A stretch of 64,000 nucleotides of DNA from positions 10,489 through 74,488 of the forward strand of contig JAMPEL010000004.1 in assembly GCA_023665185.1 (NCBI GenBank), given 5' to 3'. The notes under the pieces were generated by a model. The model was given only the letters and a program-made list of their open reading frames with translations, searched no databases and was not told where the DNA came from. Shown here one piece after another: positions 31,099-41,428 of the stretch. The stretch is from Roseburia sp. Lineage in GTDB: Bacteria > Bacteroidota > Bacteroidia > Bacteroidales > Bacteroidaceae. A program made the translations under genes and the position numbers. Position 1 is the first letter of the stretch. Every line of letters begins with the position of its first letter.

Positions 31099-31739
31099 TG
31101 ATTCTATTTGAAAAACAAACAGATGAGTACCATATTGCAGTATGGAATGTGGAGGAGGATATCGAGACATTACTTTCTATGATTCCTGACAGCTATAACA
31201 TACGCATGGAGGCTGACAACAGATTCCATTCTGACACACGCAAAAAAGAATGGATAGCCACAAGAGCATTGTTATATGCCATGCAGAAAAATCCTGTGGA
31301 AATAGTATATGCCGACAACGGTGCCCCACTCCTTTTTGGAAAACACATCCATATAAGCATATCACATACCAGCGAAAGTGCAAACGGAAGGAATTTGATG
31401 TATGTGGCTGTGGCTCTTTCCGCAAGACATAGAATAGGAATCGACATTGAACGTATATCGGCAAGAGTATGCAAAGTAAAAGAGCGGTTTATTGGAAAGG
31501 GCGAAAGAGCGGACACTCAAAGCAGTCTTTTGCTACACTGGTCAGCAAAAGAAGCCGCGTTCAAGGTTTTATCGACAGAAGGAGTGGATTTCATCAGACA
31601 TTTACATATTGAGCCTTTTACGGAAACAGAGGAAGGTTCTTTTATTCTCACAGAAAGCAAGACAGAAAAGGCTTGCCGCATGAACGTAATGTACAAAATG
31701 TTTAATGATTTTGTACTCACTTTTATTTGTACAGATTAA
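31098..31739 (+). CDS. 4'-phosphopantetheinyl transferase (Sfp-type)
   Basis: GIDIE and WSAKEAAFK motifs. The start overlaps the ssb stop (TGATG). Confidence 0.75.
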   Translation: MILFEKQTDEYHIAVWNVEEDIETLLSMIPDSYNIRMEADNRFHSDTRKKEWIATRALLYAMQKNPVEIVYADNGAPLLFGKHIHISISHTSESANGRNLMYVAVALSARHRIGIDIERISARVCKVKERFIGKGERADTQSSLLLHWSAKEAAFKVLSTEGVDFIRHLHIEPFTETEEGSFILTESKTEKACRMNVMYKMFNDFVLTFICTD

Positions 31740-31766
31740 AAACATACAATAACAAAGGATTCAATT

Positions 31767-32528
31767 ATGCAAAACCATATCACACTCATAGCAGGTCCAT
31801 GCGTTATAGAAAGCATGGAAATATTGGAAACAGTGGCAGAAGAACTGGTACGACTAAACGAAAAATACAGAGTCAACATCATATTCAAATCATCGTTTGA
31901 CAAAGCTAACCGAACATCCATCAGCTCATACCGCGGTCCGGGCCTGGAAAAAGGGTTGAGAATGTTATCGGACATAAAGGAAAAATACAAGCTCAGAATC
32001 CTGACAGACATTCACGAAAGCTGGCAGGCACAAGCTGCCGGTGAAGTGGCAGACGTATTGCAAATACCAGCCTTTTTATGTCGCCAAACAGATTTACTTG
32101 TGGCTGCGGCGCGCACTGGGCGCATTGTAAACATAAAAAAAGCCCAATTTCTTTCGGGCGAGGACATGAAATATCCGGCACAAAAAGTAAGAGAAAGCGG
32201 CAATGACCGTGTGTGGCTTACAGAGCGTGGCAATATCTATGGCTACAACAATCTTGCCGTAGACTTCAGGAACATCGCAGATATGAAACATTACAGCGAC
32301 ACTGTCATTATGGACTGCACTCACTCAGTACAGCGACCGGGAGCAGCCGGAGGAAAAACAGGAGGAAACAGGGAGTTTGTTCCGGCAATGGCACTTGCTG
32401 CCAAAGCTTTTGGGGCAAACGGATTCTTCTTTGAAGTGCATCCTGACCCAGACAATGCACTCAGTGACGGCCCAAACATGCTGAAGCTGAACGAACTCGA
32501 CGCTGTAGTGGCATCACTTATCATTTAA
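31767..32528 (+). CDS. kdsA: 3-deoxy-8-phosphooctulonate (KDO-8-P) synthase
   Basis: IAGPCVIES, FKSSFDKANR, QIPAFLCRQTDL, DCTHSVQ. Confidence 0.9.
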   Translation: MQNHITLIAGPCVIESMEILETVAEELVRLNEKYRVNIIFKSSFDKANRTSISSYRGPGLEKGLRMLSDIKEKYKLRILTDIHESWQAQAAGEVADVLQIPAFLCRQTDLLVAAARTGRIVNIKKAQFLSGEDMKYPAQKVRESGNDRVWLTERGNIYGYNNLAVDFRNIADMKHYSDTVIMDCTHSVQRPGAAGGKTGGNREFVPAMALAAKAFGANGFFFEVHPDPDNALSDGPNMLKLNELDAVVASLII

Positions 32529-32546
32529 GTATATATTTAGAGAAAA

Positions 32547-33506
32547 ATGACTGAAGCATTCAATATAAGAGAGTATGCGGAAAGATGCATAAGGGATGAG
32601 GCACAAGCATTACTCGACCTTATACCCCAATTAGACAAGAATTTCGACAAGGTTGTGGAACTTATATTCCAGTGTGACGGGCATGTGGTAGTCACTGGAG
32701 TGGGAAAATCAGGTCATGTTGGTGCCAAAATAGCAGCCACACTGGCAAGCACCGGAACACCTTCCATATTCATCAATCCTCTTGATGCCATGCACGGTGA
32801 TTTGGGAATGATTATGCAAAACGATATTGTGCTAATGATTTCAAACTCAGGCAATACGGACGAATTGTTGCGCATCATCGCATCACTTGAGGAAAGAAAA
32901 ATACCAGTTGTCGCAATGACAGGCAATAAAGAATCATTGATTGCCCAACATTCTAACTATCACATATCAGTACAAGTAGACCGTGAGGCATGTCCTCTAA
33001 ACCTTGCGCCAACCTCCTCCACTACCGCAGCCCTTGCCATGGGTGACGCACTTGCATGCGCACTGATGGAAGTACGTAAATTCAAGGCCAATGACTTCGC
33101 CATGTTCCATCCAGGAGGCAGTCTTGGACGAAAGTTACTTACAAGAGTGAAAGATGTCATGTACACGGATAACTTCCCTATTCTTCCGCCAGACATGAAA
33201 TTGAGCGAGGCAATCATATTGATTAGCAATGGCAAGCTCGGTCTTGGTATAGTAATGGATGGAGAAGAGATTCTTGGAATCATCACAGACGGCGACATAC
33301 GTCGTGCCGTGGAAGACGCGCAATCAAATTTCTTCAGTCTGCATGTATGTGACATCATGACAAGAAACCCCAAAGTAATCAATCCTGATGCAAAACTAAC
33401 CCAAATACAAAGCATGTTCCGTAAACACAAAATCCATTCGTTACTTGTAATTGACGAGAATAAACATCTGGTAGGCATAGTAGACTATTTTGCAATAATG
33501 AACTGA
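32547..33506 (+). CDS. kdsD: Arabinose-5-phosphate isomerase (KpsF/GutQ family; SIS plus tandem CBS domains)
   Basis: SIS motif VTGVGKSGHVG, followed by two CBS domains. Adjacent to kdsA. Confidence 0.85.
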   Translation: MTEAFNIREYAERCIRDEAQALLDLIPQLDKNFDKVVELIFQCDGHVVVTGVGKSGHVGAKIAATLASTGTPSIFINPLDAMHGDLGMIMQNDIVLMISNSGNTDELLRIIASLEERKIPVVAMTGNKESLIAQHSNYHISVQVDREACPLNLAPTSSTTAALAMGDALACALMEVRKFKANDFAMFHPGGSLGRKLLTRVKDVMYTDNFPILPPDMKLSEAIILISNGKLGLGIVMDGEEILGIITDGDIRRAVEDAQSNFFSLHVCDIMTRNPKVINPDAKLTQIQSMFRKHKIHSLLVIDENKHLVGIVDYFAIMN

Positions 33507-33547
33507 TCAGCTTAATCAAATCACGGCATATTCAAAAACTCTGAAAG

Positions 33548-36022
33548 ATGAAAAATAGAATTATAATACCAGTTGTATCCGTCTTGATGATGTCAAGTTG
33601 CCTGAATACAGGAAAAACACAAATTGACTCCGCCAAACCTATTTCAAACGAAGCCGTAAAAATGCTGAACGAAATAGGCAAGCCATCGTTTCTTCTGACA
33701 GACAGTATGTTGCCCCAACATATAGACTTCAACACAGATATAAGCAGAATCTCATATGGAGAACTACGCCTTCTAAGGAGTTATCCATACGCACTTCACG
33801 GATTCTGGTTTAAGGAGGCAGACATCAATACATTCTTTTGCCAACGTACAGACTGGTATTACAACCTGTGTGAGGAAGTTGTATATAAGAAATACGAAGA
33901 ATATGCAAAAAATCATCATGACGACTACGGATATGGCATTGTGGACGACTTTATTCCATATAGCGAGGTGGAACTTACTAAAGAGGAAAAGGATTTTGTG
34001 GAGAAAATTGACAAGCGCATGAGGGAAATGGAACGTGATTCCATCACAGTCAATGAGCTACTTAACCCAAATCTCTGTGTAAACGTCTTTCAGATAGACG
34101 AACCAGACAGCCAGTTTGTCAATCTGATAGCAGACAACAACTTTGCAATCATCCCCACACAATGCGAACAGCTTTTCAATATATATGAGGCAAATGACTA
34201 CGCAATGATGCCGAGTTTCATTACAACGGACTTGTATCTGCAAATAGCGCACACTTATTTCAGCTATACATTGAAAAGCCTTGAGCGAAAAGCTTTTTGT
34301 CCGGCACTTCTGAGCAGTATAAAAGCCATGTATGAAAAAGCCATGCAAATAGCAGAAAACACAGACGAGAAGGAACTGAAGAACTGTGCTGAATATGCTG
34401 CCACATTTTTTGCCATAGCTGGCAAACTCATGTCGGACGAAGTATATGAAGTACCGGAAACATACCGTCAAAACTTCAATGAGGAAATACAGAAAATCAT
34501 GAATTGCGAAGATGCACTTTCCGACTATCTCGGATACAAGGACGTAGTATTTCCCTATAGTTTATTCAAACCCCGGGGACATTATACCCGTAACGAGAAT
34601 GAGACCGCGTATTTCCGCACAATGATGTGGCTGCAAGCAGCCTCGTTCTGCCGTGAGAATAAGTATGAGCTTCAAAAGGCTGTATTCATCGCACAGATAT
34701 TCAATCACATTCCGAGTCAGGAACAAAAGAGATGCCGAAACGTATATGATGCCATATCGTTCTTAATGGGCGAGCCGGATAACCTGTCTATCATTGAGAT
34801 AGCAGATTATATGAAAGCAAAAGGTTTTGCGGAAATATCAACTGCCACGAATGACAATGTGCTGAGTGACATCAATGAGATGCTTGTCGAAGCATTTAAG
34901 ACACGGAACAAAATTGCCCCAAAAATACAAATAAGTTGTGCGGACAAAATCAATTTTATGCCGCAACGCTATATGGCAGATAACGAGATTCTTGCAGCCA
35001 TGACAGATGTTACAATAGATGCAGAGCGTGCTTTTCCAAAAGGACTTGACGTGTTCGCCGCATTGGGTGTGACCACCGCTGACTCATTGCTTGACAATTG
35101 CTATAATGAGTCTCGGTCTTGGAATGAGTATGAAAAAGAGGCCTCCAAGATAAAAAGCAAGTTTGATACCGGACTTAACTGGAATGCCACAATGTATAAT
35201 AAATGGATTGAAAACCTTTTGTCCATTCAGCAGGAAAACAAAAACTATCCGAGATTCATGCAAACCCCAGCATGGCAATGCAAGAATCTCAATACGGCAC
35301 TTGCCTCATGGTCTAAACTCAAACATGATGCTGTATTATATGCGGAACAGCCACTTGCAGCAGAATGTGGCGATGGTGGACTCACCCCTCCAATTGTTGT
35401 GGGATATATAGAGCCCAACTTACTGTTCTGGACTAAACTAAAAGAAATGGTTACACTCAATCGCAACATGCTGCAAAAAGCAGATATGCTCACTACAGAT
35501 CTCGATGACAAGACTTCAGTATTGGAAGAAAAGATTGATTTCTGCATCAAAATCATCAGAAAAGAAATGGCTGGAATACAACCGACCAGAACTGAATACA
35601 TGGATATCCAGAAAATGGGAAGTTCCATTGAATGGTACACATTGTCTATACTTGACCCTGACGTCACATTAGATTGCTGGGAGAATATAATCGGAGCAGA
35701 CCGTTCCATTGCAGTCGTATCAGATGTATATACACGTAATGTAACTGGATGTTCCAAAAATGGAATCCTGCACGAAGGCACCGGAAATGCGGATGCCATA
35801 TATGTCGTTGTAAATATTGGCGGAACCTTCTATATCACGCGAGGCGCGGTATTCTCACATTATGAATTTGTGCGCCCGCTCAATGAACGGCTTACAGATG
35901 AGGAGTGGCAGAAAATGATAGAAGAAAATAATATTCCAATACGGCATAAATGGATGCAGAAATTTATCATTGATAAAGAGCCGGGATTAAATGAGGAACT
36001 TTTCTACAGTTCCGGATGCTAA
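33548..36022 (+). CDS. Lipoprotein with a YARHG-like N-terminal domain and a DUF3160-like body
   Basis: Lipobox LMMSSC. LRLLRSYPYALHGFWF (YARHG-type). FKPRGHYT motif typical of DUF3160. Confidence 0.6.
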   Translation: MKNRIIIPVVSVLMMSSCLNTGKTQIDSAKPISNEAVKMLNEIGKPSFLLTDSMLPQHIDFNTDISRISYGELRLLRSYPYALHGFWFKEADINTFFCQRTDWYYNLCEEVVYKKYEEYAKNHHDDYGYGIVDDFIPYSEVELTKEEKDFVEKIDKRMREMERDSITVNELLNPNLCVNVFQIDEPDSQFVNLIADNNFAIIPTQCEQLFNIYEANDYAMMPSFITTDLYLQIAHTYFSYTLKSLERKAFCPALLSSIKAMYEKAMQIAENTDEKELKNCAEYAATFFAIAGKLMSDEVYEVPETYRQNFNEEIQKIMNCEDALSDYLGYKDVVFPYSLFKPRGHYTRNENETAYFRTMMWLQAASFCRENKYELQKAVFIAQIFNHIPSQEQKRCRNVYDAISFLMGEPDNLSIIEIADYMKAKGFAEISTATNDNVLSDINEMLVEAFKTRNKIAPKIQISCADKINFMPQRYMADNEILAAMTDVTIDAERAFPKGLDVFAALGVTTADSLLDNCYNESRSWNEYEKEASKIKSKFDTGLNWNATMYNKWIENLLSIQQENKNYPRFMQTPAWQCKNLNTALASWSKLKHDAVLYAEQPLAAECGDGGLTPPIVVGYIEPNLLFWTKLKEMVTLNRNMLQKADMLTTDLDDKTSVLEEKIDFCIKIIRKEMAGIQPTRTEYMDIQKMGSSIEWYTLSILDPDVTLDCWENIIGADRSIAVVSDVYTRNVTGCSKNGILHEGTGNADAIYVVVNIGGTFYITRGAVFSHYEFVRPLNERLTDEEWQKMIEENNIPIRHKWMQKFIIDKEPGLNEELFYSSGC

Positions 36023-36064
36023 TCGGTACATAAAAGGATACGTTCTATCTAATATTGGCTCTGT

Positions 36065-37042
36065 ATGACACAGCGATTATTTATTCACATCACATTTTTA
36101 TCTCTGTCAGTTTTATCGTTTACAGAGACTGAAAGTCATATCCATCCTGTGGATATAACAGAGAAAATAGAACAATCGGACAAAGATACATTATCAATTG
36201 TTTTTACAGGTGACGTACTTCTAGATAGAGGAGTACGTCGCTATATTGAAAGCGAGGGAATAAAAGGACTGTTTGCAGATGTAGAAAACGATTTCAGAAA
36301 ATCGGACGCGACAGTAATCAATCTTGAATGCCCCATAACCGATACCATTTCGCCGTTAAACAAGAAATTCATCTTTCATGCTGACCCTATAGTAGCCTCA
36401 AAGATGAGAAGTATAGGAATCACTCATGCCGCACTTGCCAATAACCACACAATAGATCAGGGACGCAGAGGATTGGCCGCCACATATCGGCATCTGCTAC
36501 GGCACGGAATTGTTCCGTTAGGATACGGACACACACTTGAGGAAAGCCTTGTGCCGGCAATAATAGAGAAAAGCGGAATTAAGGTGGCTTTATTCAATGC
36601 CGTATTATTGACAATCGAAAACTGGTCCTCCACTATTGAAGGACAACCTAGTGTCTGCCAACCAACCATACAGGAATTGTCAAAGGCTATCTATAAATAC
36701 AAACAGTCGCATCAAGACACATATTGTGTAGCTATACTTCATTGGGGCATAGAATACCAAACAGTCCCTTCCATAAACCAACGATATGAAGCAGCTATGC
36801 TTGTAAACTCAGGAGCAGACGCAATAATCGGACATCATCCGCATGTCATACAGACAACAGATATTATAAATGGGAAACCAATATATTACAGTTTGGGAAA
36901 CTTCATTTTTGACAACACGCACCCTCTTGCACAAAATACACTGATGGTGCGACTATGCTTTACAAAAGACAGCATTGTATGCGAAGAAACGAAACTCCAC
37001 ATACAATGCTGTCGTCCTGTAAGAAAGCAATCAAACCATTAG
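36065..37042 (+). CDS. CapA family (PGA_cap metallophosphatase-like) protein
   Basis: FTGDVLLDRGV ... LANNHTIDQG ... HWGIEY ... GHHPHV pattern. Confidence 0.7.
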   Translation: MTQRLFIHITFLSLSVLSFTETESHIHPVDITEKIEQSDKDTLSIVFTGDVLLDRGVRRYIESEGIKGLFADVENDFRKSDATVINLECPITDTISPLNKKFIFHADPIVASKMRSIGITHAALANNHTIDQGRRGLAATYRHLLRHGIVPLGYGHTLEESLVPAIIEKSGIKVALFNAVLLTIENWSSTIEGQPSVCQPTIQELSKAIYKYKQSHQDTYCVAILHWGIEYQTVPSINQRYEAAMLVNSGADAIIGHHPHVIQTTDIINGKPIYYSLGNFIFDNTHPLAQNTLMVRLCFTKDSIVCEETKLHIQCCRPVRKQSNH

Positions 37043-37815
37043 TTTTTTATGTTTTCCCTTATCTTACCCAAATATTGCTGCATACGATTTTCATCCTTAT
37101 ATTCTATAATATCAATCAGTTCTTTCATCTCCTGACGAATCTGCTCAACCTGATCTTTTGTATACGGATTGAATAGGATTTCTCGCAACAAACAGTCATC
37201 CTCACTCAGCACACCTTGTGCAATCTTCATATGCCGCTTAAATGTGGTGCCCGGGGCATCCTGATGTTTCATCACCGCTGCAAATGCGAAAGTAGAAATA
37301 AACGGAATGGACAAAGAATAAGCCACAGTTTTGTCATGCTCCTCAAATGTATATTCACAGACATGAAGTCCAAGTTTTGAATACAGGTCTTTAAAAAATA
37401 TACGTCCCATGTAGTCCCCCTCGTTGATTACAATCGCATTTTCATCAGCCAACTTGCCAAGATTGGCGAAAGTAGGACCAAACATCGGATGAGTAGATAC
37501 ATAGCGAAAACCGCACTGCTCATAAAAATCCTTGAAACCAGTCTTTACAGATGAGATGTCACTTAAAATGCAATCATGAGGAAGATACGGAATAATCTCA
37601 CGAAATACATCCAATGTATATTTAAGACTCACCGCATTTATCACCAACTCAGGAGCAAAGGTTCTCACTTCCTCCTTATCCGTAAAACGCTGTGTATTGT
37701 ACATAAAGCGAAGTTTCTTGGCATCTATTTCATACACAGCCACTTCATGGTCAAAACTTAGAAGGTCGGTAAAAAAACTACCCATTTTACCGGCACCAAG
37801 TATGAGTATTCTCAT
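37039..37815 (-). CDS. tyrA: Prephenate dehydrogenase
   Basis: Rossmann motif MRILILGAGKMG and an HPMFGP motif. Last gene of the phe/tyr operon. Confidence 0.75.
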   Translation of the reverse strand: MRILILGAGKMGSFFTDLLSFDHEVAVYEIDAKKLRFMYNTQRFTDKEEVRTFAPELVINAVSLKYTLDVFREIIPYLPHDCILSDISSVKTGFKDFYEQCGFRYVSTHPMFGPTFANLGKLADENAIVINEGDYMGRIFFKDLYSKLGLHVCEYTFEEHDKTVAYSLSIPFISTFAFAAVMKHQDAPGTTFKRHMKIAQGVLSEDDCLLREILFNPYTKDQVEQIRQEMKELIDIIEYKDENRMQQYLGKIRENIKN

Positions 37816-37897
37816 TCGGATTCAATCTATAAAAAGCAGAAGATTAAAAGTAGGAATATCGCAAACAGTTTTCCACCTTTTAATCTTCTGACCATAA

Positions 37898-38965
37898 TTA
37901 TTTATTTATGATTTCTATTTGCTGCCTCACACTTTCCTCATGGATTGCCTCAAATATCTGACGCACACATGACTGCTCAATGCCACAAAGACTTCCCTGC
38001 GCACCACGTTTGTCAAGGATCTCACCATACCGACTTGTCTGCACAATTGTCATCCCATGCTCTTTCTTGTACTGACCGATTTCACGAGAAATACGCATAC
38101 GCTTGGCTAAAAGATCAATTAATTGGTCATCTATTAAATCAATCTGCTTGCGTAAAGCTGATATATTCTCTGTAGTCTGAATTTCATCACGGATAACCAA
38201 CAGATTTAGAATATACTCAAGAATATCAGGTGTTACCTGCTGTTTCGCATCACTCCATGCAGCATCCGGATTACAATGACTCTCCACAATAAGTCCATCC
38301 ATACCCAAATCCATTGCCTGCTGGCAAAGAGATGCAATAAGATCACGACGTCCTCCAATATGGCTCGGATCGCATACAATTGGAAGATTTGGAATACGTC
38401 TGCGCAACTCTATAGGAATCTGCCACATCGGTAAATTTCGATATATTTTCTTATCATATGAAGAGAATCCACGATGTATGGCTCCCAGACGTTTGATACC
38501 TGCGCCATTCAGACGTTCAAGAGCACCAATCCACAGTTCAAGATCTGGATTGACAGGATTCTTGATAAGCACAGGCACATCTACACCTTTCAAAGAATCC
38601 GCAAGTTCCTGTACAGCAAAAGGATTCGCACTTGTACGCGCACCAATCCAAAGAATGTCAATTCCAGCTTCAAGAGCAGCCTCCACATGCTTTGGTGTAG
38701 CAACTTCTGTAGAAGTAAGCATACCAGTTTCTTCTTTCACACGCTTCATCCACGGCAAAGCAAGCAAACCATTTCCTTCAAAACCTCCGGGTTTAGTACG
38801 TGGTTTCCATATTCCGGCACGGAATATCTTTATACCGCAGTCAGCAAGTTGCCGTGCCGTATTCATCACTTGCTCTTCTGTCTCCGCACTGCACGGTCCG
38901 GCAATGACCAATGGACGTTTGTCCTCCACTCCTGTCAAATTAAGTGGTTGCAATTCAAGTTCCAT
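37898..38965 (-). CDS. Bifunctional 3-deoxy-7-phosphoheptulonate synthase / chorismate mutase type II
   Basis: KDO8P/DAHP-synthase-like TIM barrel (IAGPCSAE, CDPSH) plus a C-terminal chorismate mutase helix bundle (LRKQIDLIDDQLIDLLAKR). Confidence 0.85.
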   Translation of the reverse strand: MELELQPLNLTGVEDKRPLVIAGPCSAETEEQVMNTARQLADCGIKIFRAGIWKPRTKPGGFEGNGLLALPWMKRVKEETGMLTSTEVATPKHVEAALEAGIDILWIGARTSANPFAVQELADSLKGVDVPVLIKNPVNPDLELWIGALERLNGAGIKRLGAIHRGFSSYDKKIYRNLPMWQIPIELRRRIPNLPIVCDPSHIGGRRDLIASLCQQAMDLGMDGLIVESHCNPDAAWSDAKQQVTPDILEYILNLLVIRDEIQTTENISALRKQIDLIDDQLIDLLAKRMRISREIGQYKKEHGMTIVQTSRYGEILDKRGAQGSLCGIEQSCVRQIFEAIHEESVRQQIEIINK

Positions 38966-39014
38966 ATATTTTCAGTTTAATTATAATACTTTCTTTTTTA
39001 TATTTCCGAATACT

Positions 39015-40208
39015 TCAGTTCCTTCCAAAAACATCCTCTATTCGCTCCAAAGCCTCTTGCATCTTCTCATCTTTGGCACAAAGGGATATCCTTATATATC
39101 TCTCACCATTACTGCCAAATATGAATCCCGGAGTGATGAAGACTCTTGCCTCATGCAGCACTCTCTCCGTAAGTTCTTCTGCGGAAGAATAAATATCTGG
39201 CACTCTTCCCCACAGGAACATGCCTTGTTGATTTGTGTCAAAAGTACATCCCAAACACTGCATGATTTTCTCTGCTATACAACGGCGCGTCTGATAAGTC
39301 TCCACATTTGCATGATAATGCCACTCCTCTGTATTCTCATAAGCACGCGCAGCCGCAAGCTGCATCGGGCGGAAAGTTCCAGAATCAATATTGCTCTTTA
39401 TTTTCAGAATCCATTCTACAAACGTGGAGTTCGTGGCAAGCATCCCCACACGCCATCCCGGCATATTATGACTCTTGCTCATCGAATTGAACTCAATGCA
39501 GCACTCTTTGGCTCCCGGTATCTGCAAAATACTAAGATACTCATCCCTATTCAGAATAAAACTGTATGGATTGTCATTCACCACTACAATATTATGACGA
39601 ACTGCAAAATCCACTATTTTCTCATAAAGCTCACGTGTAGCACGTCCTCCTGTAGGCATATTAGGATAGTTTGTCCACATGATTTTCACACCGTCAAGAT
39701 TCATTCTCTCCATTTGCTCAAAATCAGGCTGCCATCCATTGTTCTCAAGAAGATTATAGTTGACTATTTCCGTTCCAAGAATACGGTTCAAAGAAGTGTA
39801 TGTCGGGTATCCGGGATTCGGAACAAGCACCTTGTCACCCGGATTCGCCAATGCCAACGTCACATGGAGTATTCCTTCCTTTGAACCAATCAACGGCTGT
39901 ATCTCCGTATCAGGATTCAGCTCCACACCATACCATTTCTTGTAGAATGCCGCCATAGCATTACGCAACTCAGGTATTCCCACTGTAGGCTGATAGCCAT
40001 GCGCATTATCAAGGCAGGCATTTTTGCAGAGCGTGTCTATTGTCTCTTTAGAAGGCGGCATATCAGGACTGCCAATTGCCAGACTTATTATATCCTTGCC
40101 CTCAGCATTAAGACGCGCCACTTCCTTGCCCTTGCGGCTAAAATAATATTCATTGACCGTTGATATACGGTCTGCCGGAAATATGTTCTTATTATAAATA
40201 TCAGCCAT
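39015..40208 (-). CDS. Class I/II PLP-dependent aminotransferase (probable aromatic/prephenate aminotransferase)
   Basis: NPGYPTY, NPYS, and the SMSKSHNMPGWRVG lysine motif. Embedded in the pheA-tyrA operon. Confidence 0.8.
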   Translation of the reverse strand: MADIYNKNIFPADRISTVNEYYFSRKGKEVARLNAEGKDIISLAIGSPDMPPSKETIDTLCKNACLDNAHGYQPTVGIPELRNAMAAFYKKWYGVELNPDTEIQPLIGSKEGILHVTLALANPGDKVLVPNPGYPTYTSLNRILGTEIVNYNLLENNGWQPDFEQMERMNLDGVKIMWTNYPNMPTGGRATRELYEKIVDFAVRHNIVVVNDNPYSFILNRDEYLSILQIPGAKECCIEFNSMSKSHNMPGWRVGMLATNSTFVEWILKIKSNIDSGTFRPMQLAAARAYENTEEWHYHANVETYQTRRCIAEKIMQCLGCTFDTNQQGMFLWGRVPDIYSSAEELTERVLHEARVFITPGFIFGSNGERYIRISLCAKDEKMQEALERIEDVFGRN

Positions 40209-40238
40209 ATTCTTATTTATTATATCAATAGAATTCCG

Positions 40239-41081
40239 TTACAATGTAGATTTTCCATCCTGATACTCGCCCAATATCTTCAGTTGCTTTGTAAGAGGAC
40301 GTATAGCATCTATCGACTGCCTGTACCTTATATAATCATCATATGTGACATCCACATAAAACAAATATTCCCATTCACGTCCGATGATTGGCAGCGACTG
40401 TATTTTGGTAAGATTTATCTTATAAAAAGAAAATATAGACAACACTTGGGAGAGGCATCCTTCATTATGGGGAGTACTGAACACAATACTTGCCTTGTTC
40501 GAATAACGAGGATTGCACAGTTCTTCTGCAATCCACGGATCACTAATTACAAGAAAACGGGTAAAGTTGTGCTTGTTGGTCTCTATACCTTCCTCCAGAA
40601 TTTTCATGCCATAAAGAGGAGCGGCAAATTTTGAGCAAATGGCAGCGTGTCCTTTCAAATGACATTCACTTATGTGCTTGGCTGACCCCGCTGTATCCTC
40701 TGTCTCCACAACCTTAAAGTCCGGATGCTTGGTCAGAAAATCACGACACTGCATAAGTGCCACAGGATGTGAGTTCACCTCCGTTATATCTTTCCAATCC
40801 TCTTCAGGAAGACACATGATACTGTGTGATATACGCAACTTATGCTCGCCTACTATCTGCATACCACTGTCACGCAGCAATTCGTAATTGTGCAGCAAAC
40901 TTCCAGCAATTGTATTCTCTATAGCAAGCAAAGCCACCACACTTCCGTCCGCTTTCATTTCCTCAAAAACCTGTTCAAACGTGTCGCAACATATAATGTC
41001 AAGTTCCTCTCCTTCGAAGAACTTATGGGCGGCAATATCATGAAATGACCCTATAACACCCTGTATTGCTACTTTTCTCAT
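40239..41081 (-). CDS. pheA: Prephenate dehydratase
   Basis: PDT domain plus C-terminal ACT domain (TRFLVI, ESRP-like region). Confidence 0.85.
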   Translation of the reverse strand: MRKVAIQGVIGSFHDIAAHKFFEGEELDIICCDTFEQVFEEMKADGSVVALLAIENTIAGSLLHNYELLRDSGMQIVGEHKLRISHSIMCLPEEDWKDITEVNSHPVALMQCRDFLTKHPDFKVVETEDTAGSAKHISECHLKGHAAICSKFAAPLYGMKILEEGIETNKHNFTRFLVISDPWIAEELCNPRYSNKASIVFSTPHNEGCLSQVLSIFSFYKINLTKIQSLPIIGREWEYLFYVDVTYDDYIRYRQSIDAIRPLTKQLKILGEYQDGKSTL

Positions 41082-41095
41082 TGTTTTATCTTTTT

Positions 41096-41128
41096 GAAAA
41101 AAAAATCCCGCTCTTTTACAAGCGGGAT
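41096..41128 (-). terminator. Attenuator terminator immediately upstream of pheA
   Basis: Minus strand reads AUCCCGCU-UGUAAAAG-AGCGGGAU followed by a run of 9 U. It ends 15 nt before the pheA ATG. Confidence 0.7.
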
Positions 41129-41158
41129 TATTATCTTTAATTTATTTGCATCGTCCAT

Positions 41159-41239
41159 TTATGCACATACAACTTCCCGCTTCACTTTATTATTAAAGTA
41201 AAAATAAAAAAAGTAATATGTACCGTAAAAAGACTTCAT
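41159..41239 (-). CDS. Phe/Tyr-rich leader peptide (26 aa) of the pheA operon
   Basis: Hand translation gives MKSFYGTYYFFYFYFNNKVKREVVCA. Ten of codons 4-15 are Phe or Tyr. It lies between a -7 box and the attenuator hairpin. Confidence 0.65.
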   Translation of the reverse strand: MKSFYGTYYFFYFYFNNKVKREVVCA

Positions 41240-41266
41240 AAATTACATTTATTTCTTATTTCGCTG

Positions 41267-41274
41267 CAAATGTA
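41267..41274 (-). promoter_or_regulatory. Putative -7 box (TACATTTG) for the pheA leader transcript
   Basis: Minus-strand TAnnTTTG match sits 28 nt upstream of the leader ATG 41239. Confidence 0.5.
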
Positions 41275-41428
41275 GCAATATTAGCTAATATGGCAAACAT
41301 TTAGTGACGTTTTTTAATCCACAGACGCTTTTTTATTCAAATCCATTCAACATACATTGATTCTAAATCCGAACATATCATGAAAGCGCGTCCATGCCTA
41401 AACCACTCATGCCACAAACAAATCAGTA

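Noticed and set aside
38478-39884. 468-aa plus-strand ORF spanning the DAHP synthase and aminotransferase loci
   Set aside because: It is antisense to two well-supported minus-strand genes. Its Ser/Arg/His-rich, low-complexity translation has no motifs. It is a shadow ORF.
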